Shown here piece by piece: positions 43,413-60,559 of a stretch of DNA of 64,000 nt. Made by a program: the position numbers and the translations under genes. The DNA comes from the human T2T-CHM13v2.0 reference genome, Homo sapiens, in assembly GCF_009914755.1 (NCBI RefSeq), contig NC_060932.1; one strand, 5' to 3'. The first letter of the stretch is position 1. Every line of letters begins with the position of its first letter. A model generated the notes under the pieces. The model saw only the letters and a list, made by a program, of their open reading frames with translations, had not been told where the DNA came from and ran no database searches.

Positions 43413-43613
43413 CAAGCTTGTCCAATCCATGGCCCAGGATGGCTCTGAATGTAGCCCAACACAAACTCATAAACTTTTTTCAAATGTCATGAGATTTTTT
43501 TGTTTTTTTCTTTTTTTTTTTCTCTCATCGGCTATCGTGTTAGCATAGTTTATGTGTGGCCCAAGACAATTCTTCTTTCAATGTGGGGGAAGCCAAAAGA
43601 TTGGACACCCCTG
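43413..43613. mobile_element. MER30 (hAT-Charlie MITE)
   Basis: caagcttgtccaatcc...gtggcccaagacaattcttc...gccaaaagattggacacccctg; 8-bp TSD ctcttaga/ctctaaga. Confidence 0.9.
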
Positions 43614-44102
43614 CTCTAAGAAATGCAAATAGTTTCCTGTTACCTACACACTCCAAAATACTGCCTGAAGCCCTAGGCTAAGAAAGCTTTTAAGGCCATG
43701 TGCAAATTTCAAAACAAAAGTTGTAATTCATTAGTATATCTGTTATGGACATGCTGAACAGCTAAAGACAGAATGGGAACTTAAATTTGCCATCCTCATT
43801 CTAGGAAATCATTTTCTCATACTTCTACTTATATATTACATAAAACTTAATCTAATAATATAAAGTTTTATGCTAATCTCTCTCATGATTCTGAATGGGA
43901 CTAAATGGTTATCTCCAGTAGAAGTAGAGGGATACTACATTTAAATGGAACTACTGTCTACCCAAGGGCTACACAAGTATTTTCATACTTCTCAGACTAA
44001 ACATATGATTATAATAATAATTTTTACCTGCCATCTTAGAATTTAGAAGGACTATGGGGAGATAATTTTATAATCCATGTCTCCCTTATAAAAAGTTGAT
44101 CA

Positions 44103-44253
44103 CAGCCAGGCTCAGTGGTTCATGCCTATAATCCCAACACTGGGAAGCTGAGGTAGGCATATGGCCTGAGTCCAGGAGTTCAAGACCAGCCTGGGCAACA
44201 TAGTAAGACCCAATGTCTGTAAATGATACCAAAAAGAAAAAGAAAAAGAGAAA
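44103..44253 (+). mobile_element. FLAM-type Alu monomer
   Basis: Left arm plus A-rich tail; agttgat TSD. Confidence 0.85.
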
Positions 44254-45273
44254 GAGTTGATTGCTTTTTTTCTTCCCAATAAGTATCCCTGCAGCAAAAA
44301 CAAGTAAAATCACTCCACTAGTCATTCTACAGCAGCATAGGCACATAGCTCTAATAGCTGTATTCCTAAGGAACCATGAATTATGACAAATTGTTACAGA
44401 AACTACTGAACCAATGATTTTTAAAAAGGACAAGTGGAGAATAAAGGCTAGAAAGTTTCAAATACTACATATTTTAATTCTAACGGTGTGTTTAATAGTT
44501 ATAAATAAATATCCTTTTTCCTAAAAAACAAGCAGATCACAAATTCCTGATTAACCCTTTAAAACTACTGAACATCCCTAAAAGCAGAACGCTTTTCCTA
44601 TTAGTTGACTGCTACCCAGACTGATGACGTAAAAACCACAGCAGAGGAGAAATAACTTCACCTTACAATACTGCCATAATGCTTTGACAGTATGTATACT
44701 ACCATAATGCTTTTACCTCAAAAGGTATTTTCACATTCATTCTGTCATTTAGCTACCAAAATATTTGATGGCATGACTAAAAAGACTACTTGTTTTTACA
44801 TAACAGGGAACATCATTAATCTAGATTAAAGTCATCTTTTCTTGGCCTTCTCCCTGCATTTCATGTCTCATAGTCTGTTTCCTGTTAGAGTTATTATATA
44901 TGGTTATTTTCCCTAACATAGTTCTTTGAGGGTAGCTTCTACATTTTATAAATCTTTGTTTCCTCCACTACCTATACATGAAGGTGGCAGTTTAACAAAT
45001 GCTTGCTTAATGAGTTCCGCCTGCTTCAAACATACTCCTCCCACATTATTTTAGCTATCAAATTCTAATCTTCAAAATTTATTTGAAATGCCCTCCTCTA
45101 CCAGGGTGCAAAATCAACACACAAAAACCAGTTGTGTCTCTATATGCCAGCAATGAACAATCCAAAAAAAATTAAGAAAATTCCATTTACCATAGCATCC
45201 AAAAGAATAATATACCTAGCTGAAGAGGCAAAAAAAAATTTTTTTTTTTTTTACACTGAAAACTACAAAACAC

Positions 45274-45373
45274 GGCTGGCCAGAGTGCAGTGGTGTTTAC
45301 AACTAACTGATCACAACCATTTACAGATTTATTTGTTTCTTCTCCACTCTCACTGCTTTACTTGACTAGCCTT
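45274..45373 (+). pseudogene. Y3 RNA (RNY3) retropseudogene, full length
   Basis: ggctggccagagtgcagtggtgtttacaactaactgatcacaacc...cttgactagcctt matches hY3 as I recall it, with about 8 substitutions. A-rich tail; no upstream PSE/TATA promoter because it sits inside an L1. Confidence 0.93.
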
Positions 45374-45386
45374 AAAAAGGGAAAAA

Positions 45387-46012
<626 letters not shown>

Positions 46013-48582
46013 CTACAAAACACTCCTAAAGGAATTAAAGACTTAAATAAATGGGAAATTATCCTCTGTTCATGCATTAGGAGACTTAATACTGTTAAAA
46101 TGGTAATAATACCCAAAGTGATCTAAAGATTAAATGCAATTCCTATCAAAATTCCAATGGCCTTTTTAATAGAAATGAGAGCCAACCAATCCTCAAATTC
46201 ATATGAAAATATAAGAGGCCCTGAATAGTCAAAACAATATTGAAAAAGAAGAACAAAGTTGAAGAACTCATATTTCTTGCTTTCAAAATCTACTACAAAG
46301 CTATCATAATCAAAACAGTGTGGTACCAGCATAAAGACCCATATAAAAATCAGCGGAATTTAATGCAGAGTCCAGAAATACATTATCTATGGCAAACTAA
46401 TTTTCAACAATGATGTCAAGAGTATTCAGTGGGGCAAGAATGGTCTATTCAACATGTGATGCTGGAACAACAGCATATCCACATACAAAAAAATGAAATT
46501 GAACCCCCACCTCATTCTATATATAAAAAATTAATTCAAAATAGATCAACCACCAAAATGTAAAAACTAAAACCATAAAATTCTCAGAAGAAAACACAGC
46601 AGGCCAAATCTTTACAACCTTGACTTGGCACTAAAAGCAAAAGCAAAGAAAAATGGATAAATCAAACTTTATCAAAATTTAAAGTGTGTGTGCATCTAGG
46701 GACATTATGAAGAAAACTAAAAGACAACATACAGCATTGGTGAAAACTATATGTATATCATAGTTGATAAGGGTCTAGTATCTAAAATAAAGAACTACTG
46801 CAACTCAGCAACATAAAGAGAAACCGATTAAAAAATGAGCAAAGGACCTGAACAGACATTTCTCCAGAGGATATACAAATGGCCAATAAGCACATGAAAG
46901 ATGTCAACATCATTGGTCACTAGGGAAATTTAAATAAAAACTGCAATGAGATAACCACTTTACACTCCCTAGGATGGCTATATTACAATTTTTGAAAAAA
47001 ATTGCTAATAACAAGTGTTGGTGAGGATGTAGCGAAATTAGAAACCTCATACATTGCTGAATATAAAATGGTGCAGCTGCTGTGGAAAACAGTGTGGCAT
47101 TTCCTCAAGAAGTTAAACACAGAATTACCATATAACCCAGCAATTCCACTCCTGGGTATATACCTGAAAGTGTAGACAGATAGTCAAACAAATACATGTA
47201 CACATATTGACAGCTATTCAAAATAGCCAAAAGGTAGCAACAGCCAAAATGTCGATCAATGAATGAACAGGTAAGTAAACTGTGGTATATCCATACAATG
47301 GAATATTATTCAGACATAGAAAGGAATAAAGAATTGATATATGCTACAACATAAATGCACCTAGAAAATTTGTGCTAAGAAAAAGAAACAAGGTACAATA
47401 GAATATGATACTATTTATATGAAATATCCAGAATAGGTAAATTCATAGAGACAACATGCAGATTAGTGGTTGCCAGCCACTCTTGAAGGGGAAGTTACAA
47501 GGAAAAACTGTTTAATGGATACTGAGTTTCCATTTGCCATAATAAAATGTTTAGGAACTAGAGAGAGGTGGTGGTTACAAAATATTATGCATGTACCAAA
47601 TTCCAATGAATTGTTTGCTTTAAAAAGGTTAAGTCTATATTATTAACTCAACTTCACCTCAATTTTTTTAATATCTTCTTTGTCTTAGACTCCTTAACAG
47701 AGATTTATACCCTCCTGTGCTGGCCTGCAAAAGGACAAATTCTTCTAATAAACACTGAGGTAATCACTCTACATTTTATTTGCATTTCAAATATACATAC
47801 CCTGCCCTAAAATTTTACTTTGAATGTGGATCATTTCATCTTGCTTAATTCTGCAGTGTCTATCTCTCCCAGTTCCATCTTTGATATTTCTCTTTCTCTT
47901 CCTAGGCTCTAAGTTTTGCTGCAATCCCTTAGGAAAGAGAAACAGATACAAAAACTTTGACACAAATATTTTGAGGTTATCCCTACTCTGAATTAACTAT
48001 AACAAATGCAGTATTTTTTATTTATAGAAGCCCACACTAATTAAGCTAATTTATAAGTAATCAGGTAAATTTTAGTACATTTTAAATGCCTCCAAAATCA
48101 AATCAGGATCAATGAGCAAATGAAAGAGCCTAACATAAAACTGTAGCATACAGCAAGAAAACCGTTGATTTGTCCCTTTTAGCCATATGTTTAGTTTTCA
48201 GACAAGCTAGTCATTATCTGAGAATTTAGCACATATTTTTCTGGTACATTTTAATGAAAATTCACTATTTATACCTTCATCACCTTTCAAGTTAGTGAAG
48301 TCCCAAGACAAAACAACACATAAATTAAATGCTATTCTACAAGTCTTAACTATGAATTTAATTAGCAGTACAAACAGAACCCTTATATTTAAAGGGTAGT
48401 TAATTACAGCACAGGAGATTTTAAAAGAGGTCATTGGAAGATTTTATGTTCATGGTTATTTCATCCCACCAAGAGAGTTTCTTGCAATACACCTGTTTAA
48501 AAGCCAGAGTTTTCACAAAACCATTCATTTCCACATAAACAGAAGACTGCAATATAATCTGTCATTTAAAATGTTATTTGTA

Positions 48583-48890
<308 letters not shown>

Positions 48891-49160
48891 TTACTTGTAA
48901 AATACTGATCTCATTGTGGCCTCTGGCCAAACACACTGCTTAATGGCAAAAGCTGTTTTTCTAAAAGGCCAAATTAAATTAAAAAATTAAGATAAAATTC
49001 TATGCCTAAATCCACCATTGCTAATAACTTTGCATTGTTAAATAAAATGACCCTGATCTTAATCTGTTATCATTTTATAATACTAGCTTCTTCAAAACAA
49101 AACTGTCTCTACAGAGCAAACATTTACAATGAAAATTCTAGCTTTATGAAAATGATTGAG

Positions 49161-49430
49161 GGCCCAGCGCAGTGACTCATGCCTGTAATCCCAGCACTTT
49201 GGGTGGCCAAGGTGAGCAGATCAACAGCCTGACCAACATGGTGAAACCCTGTCTCTATTAAAAATACAAAAAAATTAGCCAGGCGTGATTGTGGGTGCCT
49301 GTAATCCCAGCTACCCAGTAGGCTAGGCAGGAGAATCACTTGAACCCAGGAGGCTCACTGCACTCCAGTCTGAGCAACAAGAACAAAACTCCGTCTCAAA
49401 AAAGAAAAAAAAAGAAAGAAAGAAGAAAAA
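49161..49430 (+). mobile_element. AluS with two internal deletions
   Basis: B-box region and part of the right arm are missing; atgattga TSD. Confidence 0.88.
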
Positions 49431-49702
49431 CATGATTGAATAGAAAAAAATAACATGTATGAAATCTTAATTCATTTTAGATGTTTACATATTCTAACTC
49501 TTTAATATGCATAAAAATGAGGACATTTTGACATATATTATCTCCTACCATTATTCAAAAGAATATGTTGTCTTCAGCTTTCCCTAAAAATCTACTTTTA
49601 CAGAACGTAGAACCAACCTGTTCCATTAATAGAGAAATCTGAAATAATCCAATTATATGTAAATACATTTCTAAATGTCCAAAATGGAATGCCAATACTT
49701 AC

Positions 49703-50072
49703 GACGCTCAATCATTTATCTAAATGGGCTAAATATTTTAAGTCTATTCAGAGACAGTTTAACAGTGAAGTAGGAGTTAACTGTAATCAGAAACCTAGTA
49801 CTCCTTAAGAAGGATCAAGAGAAAATGGTAACTTTTGGAAAATCCCAAATATTTTAAACACAGGAACATATCTAGTTTTGACAAGCCGTATGGCCGCAGT
49901 ATAAATGCTTCCATCTTCAGTAGCTGTTAAAACAAGCAGTCCTTTACAATTTTGACAGAGAACAGAATTCATTTCCTCCATACAGCTGCATTCTTTCAAA
50001 GTCCGTTAAACATTGGTGTGACAGGATTGATTTTTTTGGAGCACAGATATTTACTGTATTGCCCTAAAGGAC
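49703..50072 (-). other. Candidate ~370-nt exon (alternative acceptor at 50063)
   Basis: Acceptor ccttatttattttaaaattag|GTCCTTTAG|GGC and donor GTC|gtaagt. Unique sequence with several retained CpGs; only short ORFs. Confidence 0.5.
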
Positions 50073-50269
50073 CTAATTTTAAAATAAATAAGGAAAATAT
50101 GTGTTTATGTGAGCAAAGGGGAGAATATAGAAAGGCCAAGTCAAACAATAGAGGGAAAACAAGAAAAAAGGATAATCAAAACCATACGTCTACGTTAATG
50201 CACATAGACATATTTAGATGGACTTTTTAAAACCTTTTTTCATATAGTATAAAATCAATGCTCAAAACA

Positions 50270-51800
<1,531 letters not shown>

Positions 51801-52103
51801 AAAGCCCTCAATTCAAGGTCAAGAAGATGCCGGCCATCCTCAGGAGTGTATGGGAAACAAAACCCCTCTTTATGCTATTATAAAACTGCTATTCCCACAA
51901 CTTGAATGCTATATGCAGTACAGGTGGGATACAACAATGAAAAAAAAAACCCACAAATAAAGACTCAAAGAATGGAAAAAAAAAATGCTGAAGAGAAAGA
52001 CTGCTGCGTTATGGGACACAGTCTCCAGTTAGAAAGACAAGAACTGAAAGCAGATGTGACTAACGTCTCTACAACCAGGAAGAATATGGAGAGGAAGCAT
52101 TAC

Positions 52104-52171
52104 CTTAGCTGTTAATCCCAACACCAAATAAAGGGGCTATGGCTTAAAACTTTTGAGTTTTACATTTAGGA
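52104..52171 (-). other. Candidate 68-nt exon
   Basis: Long pyrimidine tract atttcct(n)cag|TCC; donor AAG|gtaatg. Confidence 0.4.
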
Positions 52172-52976
52172 CTGAAAAAAAAAAGGAAATGTCATATCTG
52201 AAAGCAAAGCCACAAAACTCATTCTTCAAATACAGTATGTGGAAAGTGGAGAAAAGGAAGAAAAGGTGTATGCAAAAAGCATTAAAAAAATTACTTGGGA
52301 AAAATGTTTAGTCAACTGTTTAATTTGATGGTAACACCAGCTCTGACTTTTTCAGAAAAATGCAATGTTTTTGAAGACAAAATGTGGCAAACTGAAAACA
52401 GCAAGAAACAGCGTCGAGGAACCTTGCAGAACTAAATCAGATGATGCGTAATGAAGTCTATTAATGGTGAAGTGTAAAAATGCTAATAACTGCTATTAGT
52501 TTAGTGTACTCTGAGCTATGAAAGATGAACATGAGAATTCTTAAGCTAGCATGCTAATCCCACAGATGATTATGGTCACAGGGCATAAATGGAAGAGATA
52601 AGACTCAAAACCAAATGCATCTGACACAGTCTCTCTTGACCACTACATTATTCCATCTCCCAATACTTAAAAAAAAAAAAAAAAACTAGCAAATTTCAGG
52701 AGCAAAGTAATATATTCAATAACTACCAGACCAGTTCTATAAAGTAAAAAGGTTTGTTTTTTTTTTTTTTTCCCCCAGTCTGTGCACATCAGCATAGAGA
52801 TTCTGTGGTAGAGATTACCATTTCTGTTCATCTACTCTGATGTGGTTCCAAGTGTTTCTGCAAGTCTAGGAGGGTCTTATTACAATGGCCGAGTGATGTG
52901 GTTAAGAAATTTGGAAAAAATATATTCACTTCAATCCAATGAATTCTTATGAAGTGCCAACTCTTTAGAACATATG

Positions 52977-53305
52977 TGTCTGGGCTCAGTAGCTCATGTG
53001 TGTAATCCCAATATTTTGGGAGGCCAAGGAGGGTGCATCACTTGAATTCAGGTGTTTGAGACCAGCCTGGGCAAAATGACGAAACCCCATCTCTACAAAA
53101 AAATACAAAAATTAGTTGGGCATGGTAGCACACCTGTAGTCTCAGCTACGAGGGAGGCTGAGGTGGGAAAACAGATTGAGCCTGCGAGGTCGAGGCTGCA
53201 GTGAGCCACGATCGCACCACTGCACTCCAGCCTAGGCGACAGAGCGAGACTCCGTCTCAAAAAACAAACAAACAAAAAAAATCCAAACAAACAAACAAAA
53301 AAAAC
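52977..53305 (+). mobile_element. AluJ with (AAAC)n tail
   Basis: Dimeric Alu with J diagnostics. Confidence 0.9.
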
Positions 53306-54012
53306 AGGTATGACAACCATAAATAATATGCCCAGAGAAAGAAGTCCTATTCTAGTTAAAAACAAGGAATCTACATATAGCCAAATTTTTCTTCCTTCTC
53401 TGATTATCTATGTAGTCTCTAAATCATCTAATTCTGAACCAAATTATACAGCATCCTACTCTTTTTCAGCCTAAGCTTCAAATAGACCATAGGTATTCTT
53501 TCAGGAGAAAATACTCCCATCTTATAAACTTCTAGAAAGTTAATGATTAAAGCTCATATTTTCCTATGGTGCCCTTTTCCAATTACAGACGTAAATGTTT
53601 TTAAAATGCCTTATAAGTGTTCCACACTAGAGACACCAATGTTCTTTCTGCCTATAAAAGCCATTGCCGGTGGCAGAAGAACAGAAAACACTGCTCTAAG
53701 TTCTCCTTCACAATGAAAAGGGAGAAAAAAGAGAAAGAAATGAGTAAATATGACAATGAAAGAAGAGGATAAATTTTAAAACGGAGAAAGAAGATTATCA
53801 CCCAGCAAAACCACAGGTGCAAGAGAGCCAGGCCCTTAACAATCACCAGCCCAACAAACACCTTCATTTTAATGACAGAAGGAAGAGACAGTGAGGGAAA
53901 ATAATGAAATAAGCAAGAGATGAACATAATTATTAAATCTGCACCTCATGCAACTCAGGGAAAAGAGCTTTAAACAAAAGCTAACAAAGCCATGAGCATG
54001 TGCTTCTCTTAC

Positions 54013-54150
54013 CAGCATTAAACACTGTTCATTCACTGCCTGGCCTCAAAAGCCACAAGACCAATTTCGGGCACCCAAGCCTGAATCTAGGCCAATTCCA
54101 AAGATCCCACGAGAGCCCTCCTATGACCACAAGGCTCTTGTGACCACATT
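54013..54150 (-). other. Candidate 138-nt non-coding exon
   Basis: Acceptor gctatttttccccctag|AATG; donor CTG|gtaaga. GC content rises over the exon; stops in all three frames. Confidence 0.5.
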
Positions 54151-57100
54151 CTAGGGGGAAAAATAGCATCCCAAAAGTGAAGTATGTGGATTTGAGAAAA
54201 GGACACAGACTGATGAAAGTATGTTCTCAACTGTTAAAAGAGGGGGGAAATACACAGAGCACAGGTTCACAAAGCTTCTCTAGCAGGCTCTGTACAGTAT
54301 CTAATACAAATTATAAATCTAGGAAATAGTAATATAAAGGTTATTAAATGTTTCCATGTGAACTGGCTTTAATATGCCTTAGTCACGACTTGGTAAGACC
54401 AAAATATTTAATACTCAGGGGCTTTCGGGGGGAGAAGAGTTCATATATATATATATTTAATATGTATATATTAATGTTATTTTTTAAATCTAAACCTCAA
54501 ATTTACAAATTATATTTTTTGATATAAAAGGTTTTCTTTACTACTTTGGCTTTTTCCCTAAGAATCTGATTGAGAATTATATATCCATTGCCGGCATAAG
54601 TTATTTATCTACAACATTCAGAAAACAAGCAAGAAAACCATTGTATAAAATTAAGCAGCCATTGGCTTTAAAAAAAAAAAAAAAAGGTTACTTGGAAGCT
54701 TGGAGTGCTTATTGAATGCTTACTGTTCTAGAATTCTGATTTTAGGCAAAGATGGGATCTCAGAACTCCAGTAGCCACAATTCACACACTTTGGCAGCAT
54801 ATCATCCAAACTCTGACCTCGTAGCTCTGAAATAAAACACGCCTTTTACCCCTAGATGTGCTAAAGGTTCATAAAAGCAGAAGATTCATACAGAATAATA
54901 GTGGCCAATGAGGATACTCTCATCATCCACAGCAACCTGTTCCTGACACTGCACAGCAGAAATCTTCTACAGTTCTCCTAAAGGACAATAATAGCAACCC
55001 GATCATGTCTGACTTTACATACAACCTTCAAAACACCCTACCAGGCCTTGGGGGAGGAAAAATTATTGTTTTAGAAATAAACACAAGTTACTAGTAGCCC
55101 AGATTTTCCTTTCAACCATAGCTATCTCCTTTAATACAAACTCCTAAGACTGTTCTCATTTCCTTCTATAATGCTGACCTTGTTTAAGTTTGCATTTCAT
55201 GAAAAGACACTGAATACTGTTTTGAAATTAAATAAATTCAAAATAACAGCATTTGTGAGATTAACATGAAAACTTTTGTGCCAATTTCTGAAGCTCTGTG
55301 GGAATAATAGTATTAAGTACTACTATTTTTTTCCTTTTTTCCTCAGGAGGTGGACTGCATTTCCAGATACAGTGAAAAGACTACCAACAGAGTAATAGTT
55401 ACACCAATAACATATATAAATAGGACTGCTGAGAGTATAACATAGATTTTGGAGTTACTGCACAGAGGGACCAATAATCACAGTACTCCAGCTTTTAGTA
55501 AAAACCAGTTCACAGGTCCAAACAGTTTCAATTTAAATGTTTGATCATCAGTTTCCGTGTATTAAGTAGAACTATTCAAAGTGTTTGAAAATTATCTTAG
55601 TAAAATAATTACATATCCAAGTGCTAAGGATTTTTAAAGCTATTTCTTCAGAAAGAATCAAAGTGAAAACCACCACAAAGACCCTACTAAAATAAAAATA
55701 ACAGATAACACTTCTCCAAGCCATACCATGATTTCAAGATACTATTAATCAAAATCAACATTTCTATGACTCAGTATTCTCAACTATAAATGACAACCTT
55801 TTACAAATTATTTCTAGCCCTAAAATTCTATGACTTAATTCTGTGTCTTTTTTAGGGTTTCAATATGTGTAAAATACTGTTACATAGAAGTAGACACTGT
55901 AGGAATGAATTCAACATAGACTCAGAAGTATAAGATGCAGGCCTCTGCTCTCAGTAAATTTCCAAATGAAGACTAGGAAATGAGAGAAATAACTTAAGAG
56001 TTTAGAAATCTTAGAAGACAATGCAAAGTATAACAGCTTTTATACTCAAAGCTGCAACAATTTCAAAACCTGACATACAAGTGTGCTGGCTTGGTCTGGA
56101 AAGTTAAATGTGGCTTATTCTTCTATGCTGTAAAGCATATATAGGACGTGGACAGAAAGAAAGACAAAGAGAGTGTCACAAGTGCTGGCTAGAGACATCT
56201 GGCTGAAGTGCAAGGCCGCATAGGGAAATACTTGGAGATGGGGCTGTAAAATACACTAGGCTGGGACTTTAACCAAGAGGCAATTTATAAGACATGGAAA
56301 AGTTGAGGGAGGAATGAAAGCAGAGTTTTAGAAAACTTAATCTCAAAGGGGAGTAATGGATGGATTATAGATAAAAGACCAAAAAAGCAAAATGGTGCAC
56401 AATTAAATGAGGCAGAGAAATACAGCCATTATTTAGTTTTTCAAGTCAAAATCTGCTACTGAGACCAAAGTAACTCGTTATCTATATCAATGAAATTCAC
56501 CAACTCTTCACTTTATTTTTCTTATAAAACAGCTTAAGTATAGTTTAGACTGTTTATTAAAACCTTTCACTGTATTTCTTAAGTGTCACATAACAAACTG
56601 TATTTATATAAAAATTCACTTTAATTTAGAAAATAAGGACAGTATTATTGGTCCTAAGCCTTTCAAAAGGAAATTAATGCTGCTGCACAGTTTCATTAAT
56701 TCTGTTGGGCCGTAAGGGTGCCCTTTGGGTACTGACAGAAATCATTTATTGGTCAATGTAACCCCTCCCAAAACTGCACAACTTATTCTGTCACTCCCTG
56801 TGGGAAAGTCTGGCTGCTTATGTACTCTGTAAATCTATTCTACAAAAACAAAAGTAGCATCTCTGATATAATGGCTACTAAAATATTAAGAGTTATTAAA
56901 TGTTTTCCAAAAATAACAGTAAAGTCTCAAAAAAAAGGAAAAAAAAGGGATAATTCCATTTCTGTCCCATTAACTACTTCATTATACATTTACCCATTTC
57001 TTTAGAGTTAACAGTATGCCTAAAATAATAAACTTGAGCAACATTTTAAATGCTATGTGATTTTCTATCCATTATCAAAATGAATAGACTTCACTTGAAA

Positions 57101-57357
57101 CTCAGTTCATTTTACACACTGACGTAGTCTAAAAAATTCCACACAAATTCAATTTTGGTAACTCAAATAGTTTAAACATACGAAACATTTGGAAGATGTC
57201 CATTTAAGGAAGGCTGTAGTACAATTGGTTCTTTTATAAAATTGAGAGACACCAATGTAAAGTGAATAAATATCCCTGATTAATCTGGCTTTCTAAGTTT
57301 GGATTTTAGATTTTCTTAAAGTGTATATTCTTTTTAGATGGTGCTATAAAAACTCAC

Positions 57358-57494
57358 TTATAATGAAATTACTCCCATCATAATAGAACAGAGAAATGTA
57401 ATATATTGCAACTCAGTTTTCTGATTAGTGAGGCATGGACCCAATTATCCACAATGAGTTTCACTGTGTCTTGCTCCCTGGCAGCATGAGGCAG
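57358..57494 (-). other. Candidate 137-nt exon
   Basis: Acceptor ccttctgctctatctttaaag|CTG; donor TAA|gtgagt. Confidence 0.35.
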
Positions 57495-57835
57495 CTTTAA
57501 AGATAGAGCAGAAGGCACACAATCTTTATCATCATCCTTCGATTTAGATCCTACTTCTGCCAATGATTAATTTGAGATATCACCAAGCAATCCAAACAGT
57601 CAATGTATGTGTTTTGGGGGGCTGACAGGGGATGCTATTACCTACTTCCTAGTAATACTGTCAGGTTTTCACAAGACAACCTGAGTCAAGCTCTGGGCAC
57701 ATAGTAGATTTTTCTGTCCCAGGCACATTATACCTTCTGTGCTTGCCTAAGGAGTAAGACAAGAAGCTACAAAGTACTAAAGGCAGAATAGTGCCTCATT
57801 AATCTTTTTTTTTTTTCAGGATTATAAACTGAGTA

Positions 57836-58111
57836 TTTTATTTTTTGAGACAGGGTTTCATTCTGTCGCCCAGGCTGGAGTGCAGTGGTGCAGCCTTAAC
57901 CTTCTAGGCTCATGCAATCCTCCAACCTTAGCCTCCAGAGGAGCTGAGACCACAGGGGTGTGCCACCACAAAGGGCTACTTTTTTATTTTTTTGTATGGG
58001 CAAGGTCTCGCCATCTTGCCCAGCTGGTCTCAAACTCCTGGGCTCAAGCAATCCACCTGCCTCAGTCACCCAAAGAGCTGGGATTACAGCTGTGAACCAC
58101 CGTGCCCAGCC
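57836..58111 (-). mobile_element. AluJ
   Basis: Reverse-complement dimer; taaact..tattt TSD. Confidence 0.9.
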
Positions 58112-58932
58112 TTTAAACTAAATATTTAAAAACACGCAAAGAAAAGGCGAGAGCAATTAAGAGAAAACACACAAATGAAGAATATTATGTCCAAAAAATG
58201 TCAGGCTTCCTTTCATGGAGCTCTCTAGAAATTATTTCCCACCTATATGAGAAAAGTATATTTTAAATAGTAACAATCATGAAATAAAAACTTTTACTGT
58301 ACTTCCATAAATACAAATCCTATGTCAAAAAAACTTACTTTTTCTTGACATATTTATTTCCTTTCCATCATGGGTTTGTGGCAGCTAAAAGGACTCAGGC
58401 AGTAGGAAAATCAGCACACTGGGTCTTATTTATTTATTCCACGTTCTTCCTAATGCCATCATTTAACTATGACTGTGTCTCAGCCATGACTGCTTCACCT
58501 GGATATGTTCTAAGAATACTTCATATGCCATAAGATCAACTCTTCTGGAAAAAAAAATCTAAACCTATGTAAGAAAAATAATGAATTTAAGATGAACACA
58601 TCTGTTTCCTCCACGTACGTTATTTATTCCTTATTTCAAAAAAAAAATACTTTTGTGAACAGGTGAGAAAAGGAAAAAAAAGAGAAGGAAGGGAATATCC
58701 TAAGGAATAGAGGCCACAATTAGAAGAATGATAGAAAGAATATGCAGGTTACTAGTCAAACAATTAGAGAATATTTACCAGGAATAAATGGTGTGTGAAT
58801 CAACTTCTTAGAATTCTAGACTAGTGATATTAAATTAAAGAAAACTCTAAGTAAACCCACATATCCTTTGTTGTGCTGGGCAATAATGATACGTGTGTTT
58901 AAATTAAGCCACCTTAAAAAATAAAGGTAACC

Positions 58933-59400
<468 letters not shown>

Positions 59401-60559
59401 TCAAATTTTTAAGATTTCTTATTTAACATATATATAGCCTGATTTTATGGAAAAAAAGGACAAGCAATTTCACTTACAAAGATACTAAAAAGTTTTAAGT
59501 GATTTATAGATATTCCTAATATTCTGATACAGGATATTTTACTATTGGCTAGCAATGAAAACTTTGATCTTATGAACATGAATCTACAGTTCTGTTGTTG
59601 TTGTTGTTGTTTAACCACATAAACACAAATGTACTACACGTGGGCAAACAGTTCAGTCCCAAGAGGACATAAGAACACTACTGCAGCTTTTAAAATACAC
59701 TTACAGCAACAGTTTCCTCAAAACTCTAAGAAAATTTCTTATCACTTCTAGCCTGCATCACAGGGATCTCTTAAGAGAGCTATTTTAAAAACTGTAAGTT
59801 TTTAAAAGTGCATTATTAGATAATATAACAAAGTACGTTCATCTGATGTCTAATAAGTAAAACTCATTAGTTTAAAAACTAACAAATATTCACAAATCTA
59901 CACTGTGTATCTTTATAATTTTTTTACCTCTAAAGTATTAGGGAAAAAATGTTATTAGGCTAAAAATCATATTAACCATACATGGATTTGGGCAAGGAAA
60001 AGTGGAAAAGTTAGTGAGCTGGATACCGAGTTAATGAAGAAAGAAACCCAGAATAAAACACAAAAAGCCCAGACATAAAATACATTTATTTTGAAACCCT
60101 ACAGACAAAAACCAAAAATTCCAAGCAGGTTTTAAAACATTATTTCTGGAAACCAGATTCTGTTCTAAAATTCTAAAAAAGCTCAAAGGTCATCCACTCA
60201 TACAAAAATCACTACTAAAGCTCTCTTAGTTACTGGAGAAGAGGGAAAAGGAATATAACTCTTAGTACAGAAATTAGAATTTAATGCTTTAACATGTTCA
60301 GAAGTGCTGAGATTAGTTGGGGGTTATGCAAACTGAGCACGCATAGCCAGCTTCCAAAGAAGCAATTAACAAGTACAAACCAACCCCACCAACCCAAAAT
60401 CCTACTCTTTTCAGAGAATTGCCACAAATGCTCATTTTAAATTATTTTATGATTCAGCCTAGGTCATATTGTGTGGCTAGGAAGTAGGGGAACAGCAGAA
60501 TTCATACACTTCTCAAAGGCACCCTTCCATCATTTAAATAAAGCATAGCTATACCAAAA

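Noticed and set aside
45274-45373. Functional RNY3 gene
   Set aside because: It has substitutions, an A-rich tail, a TSD and no upstream Pol III promoter.
52779-52900. + strand exon after a long T tract
   Set aside because: The acceptor is mostly a T run and the donor GTG|gttaag is weak.
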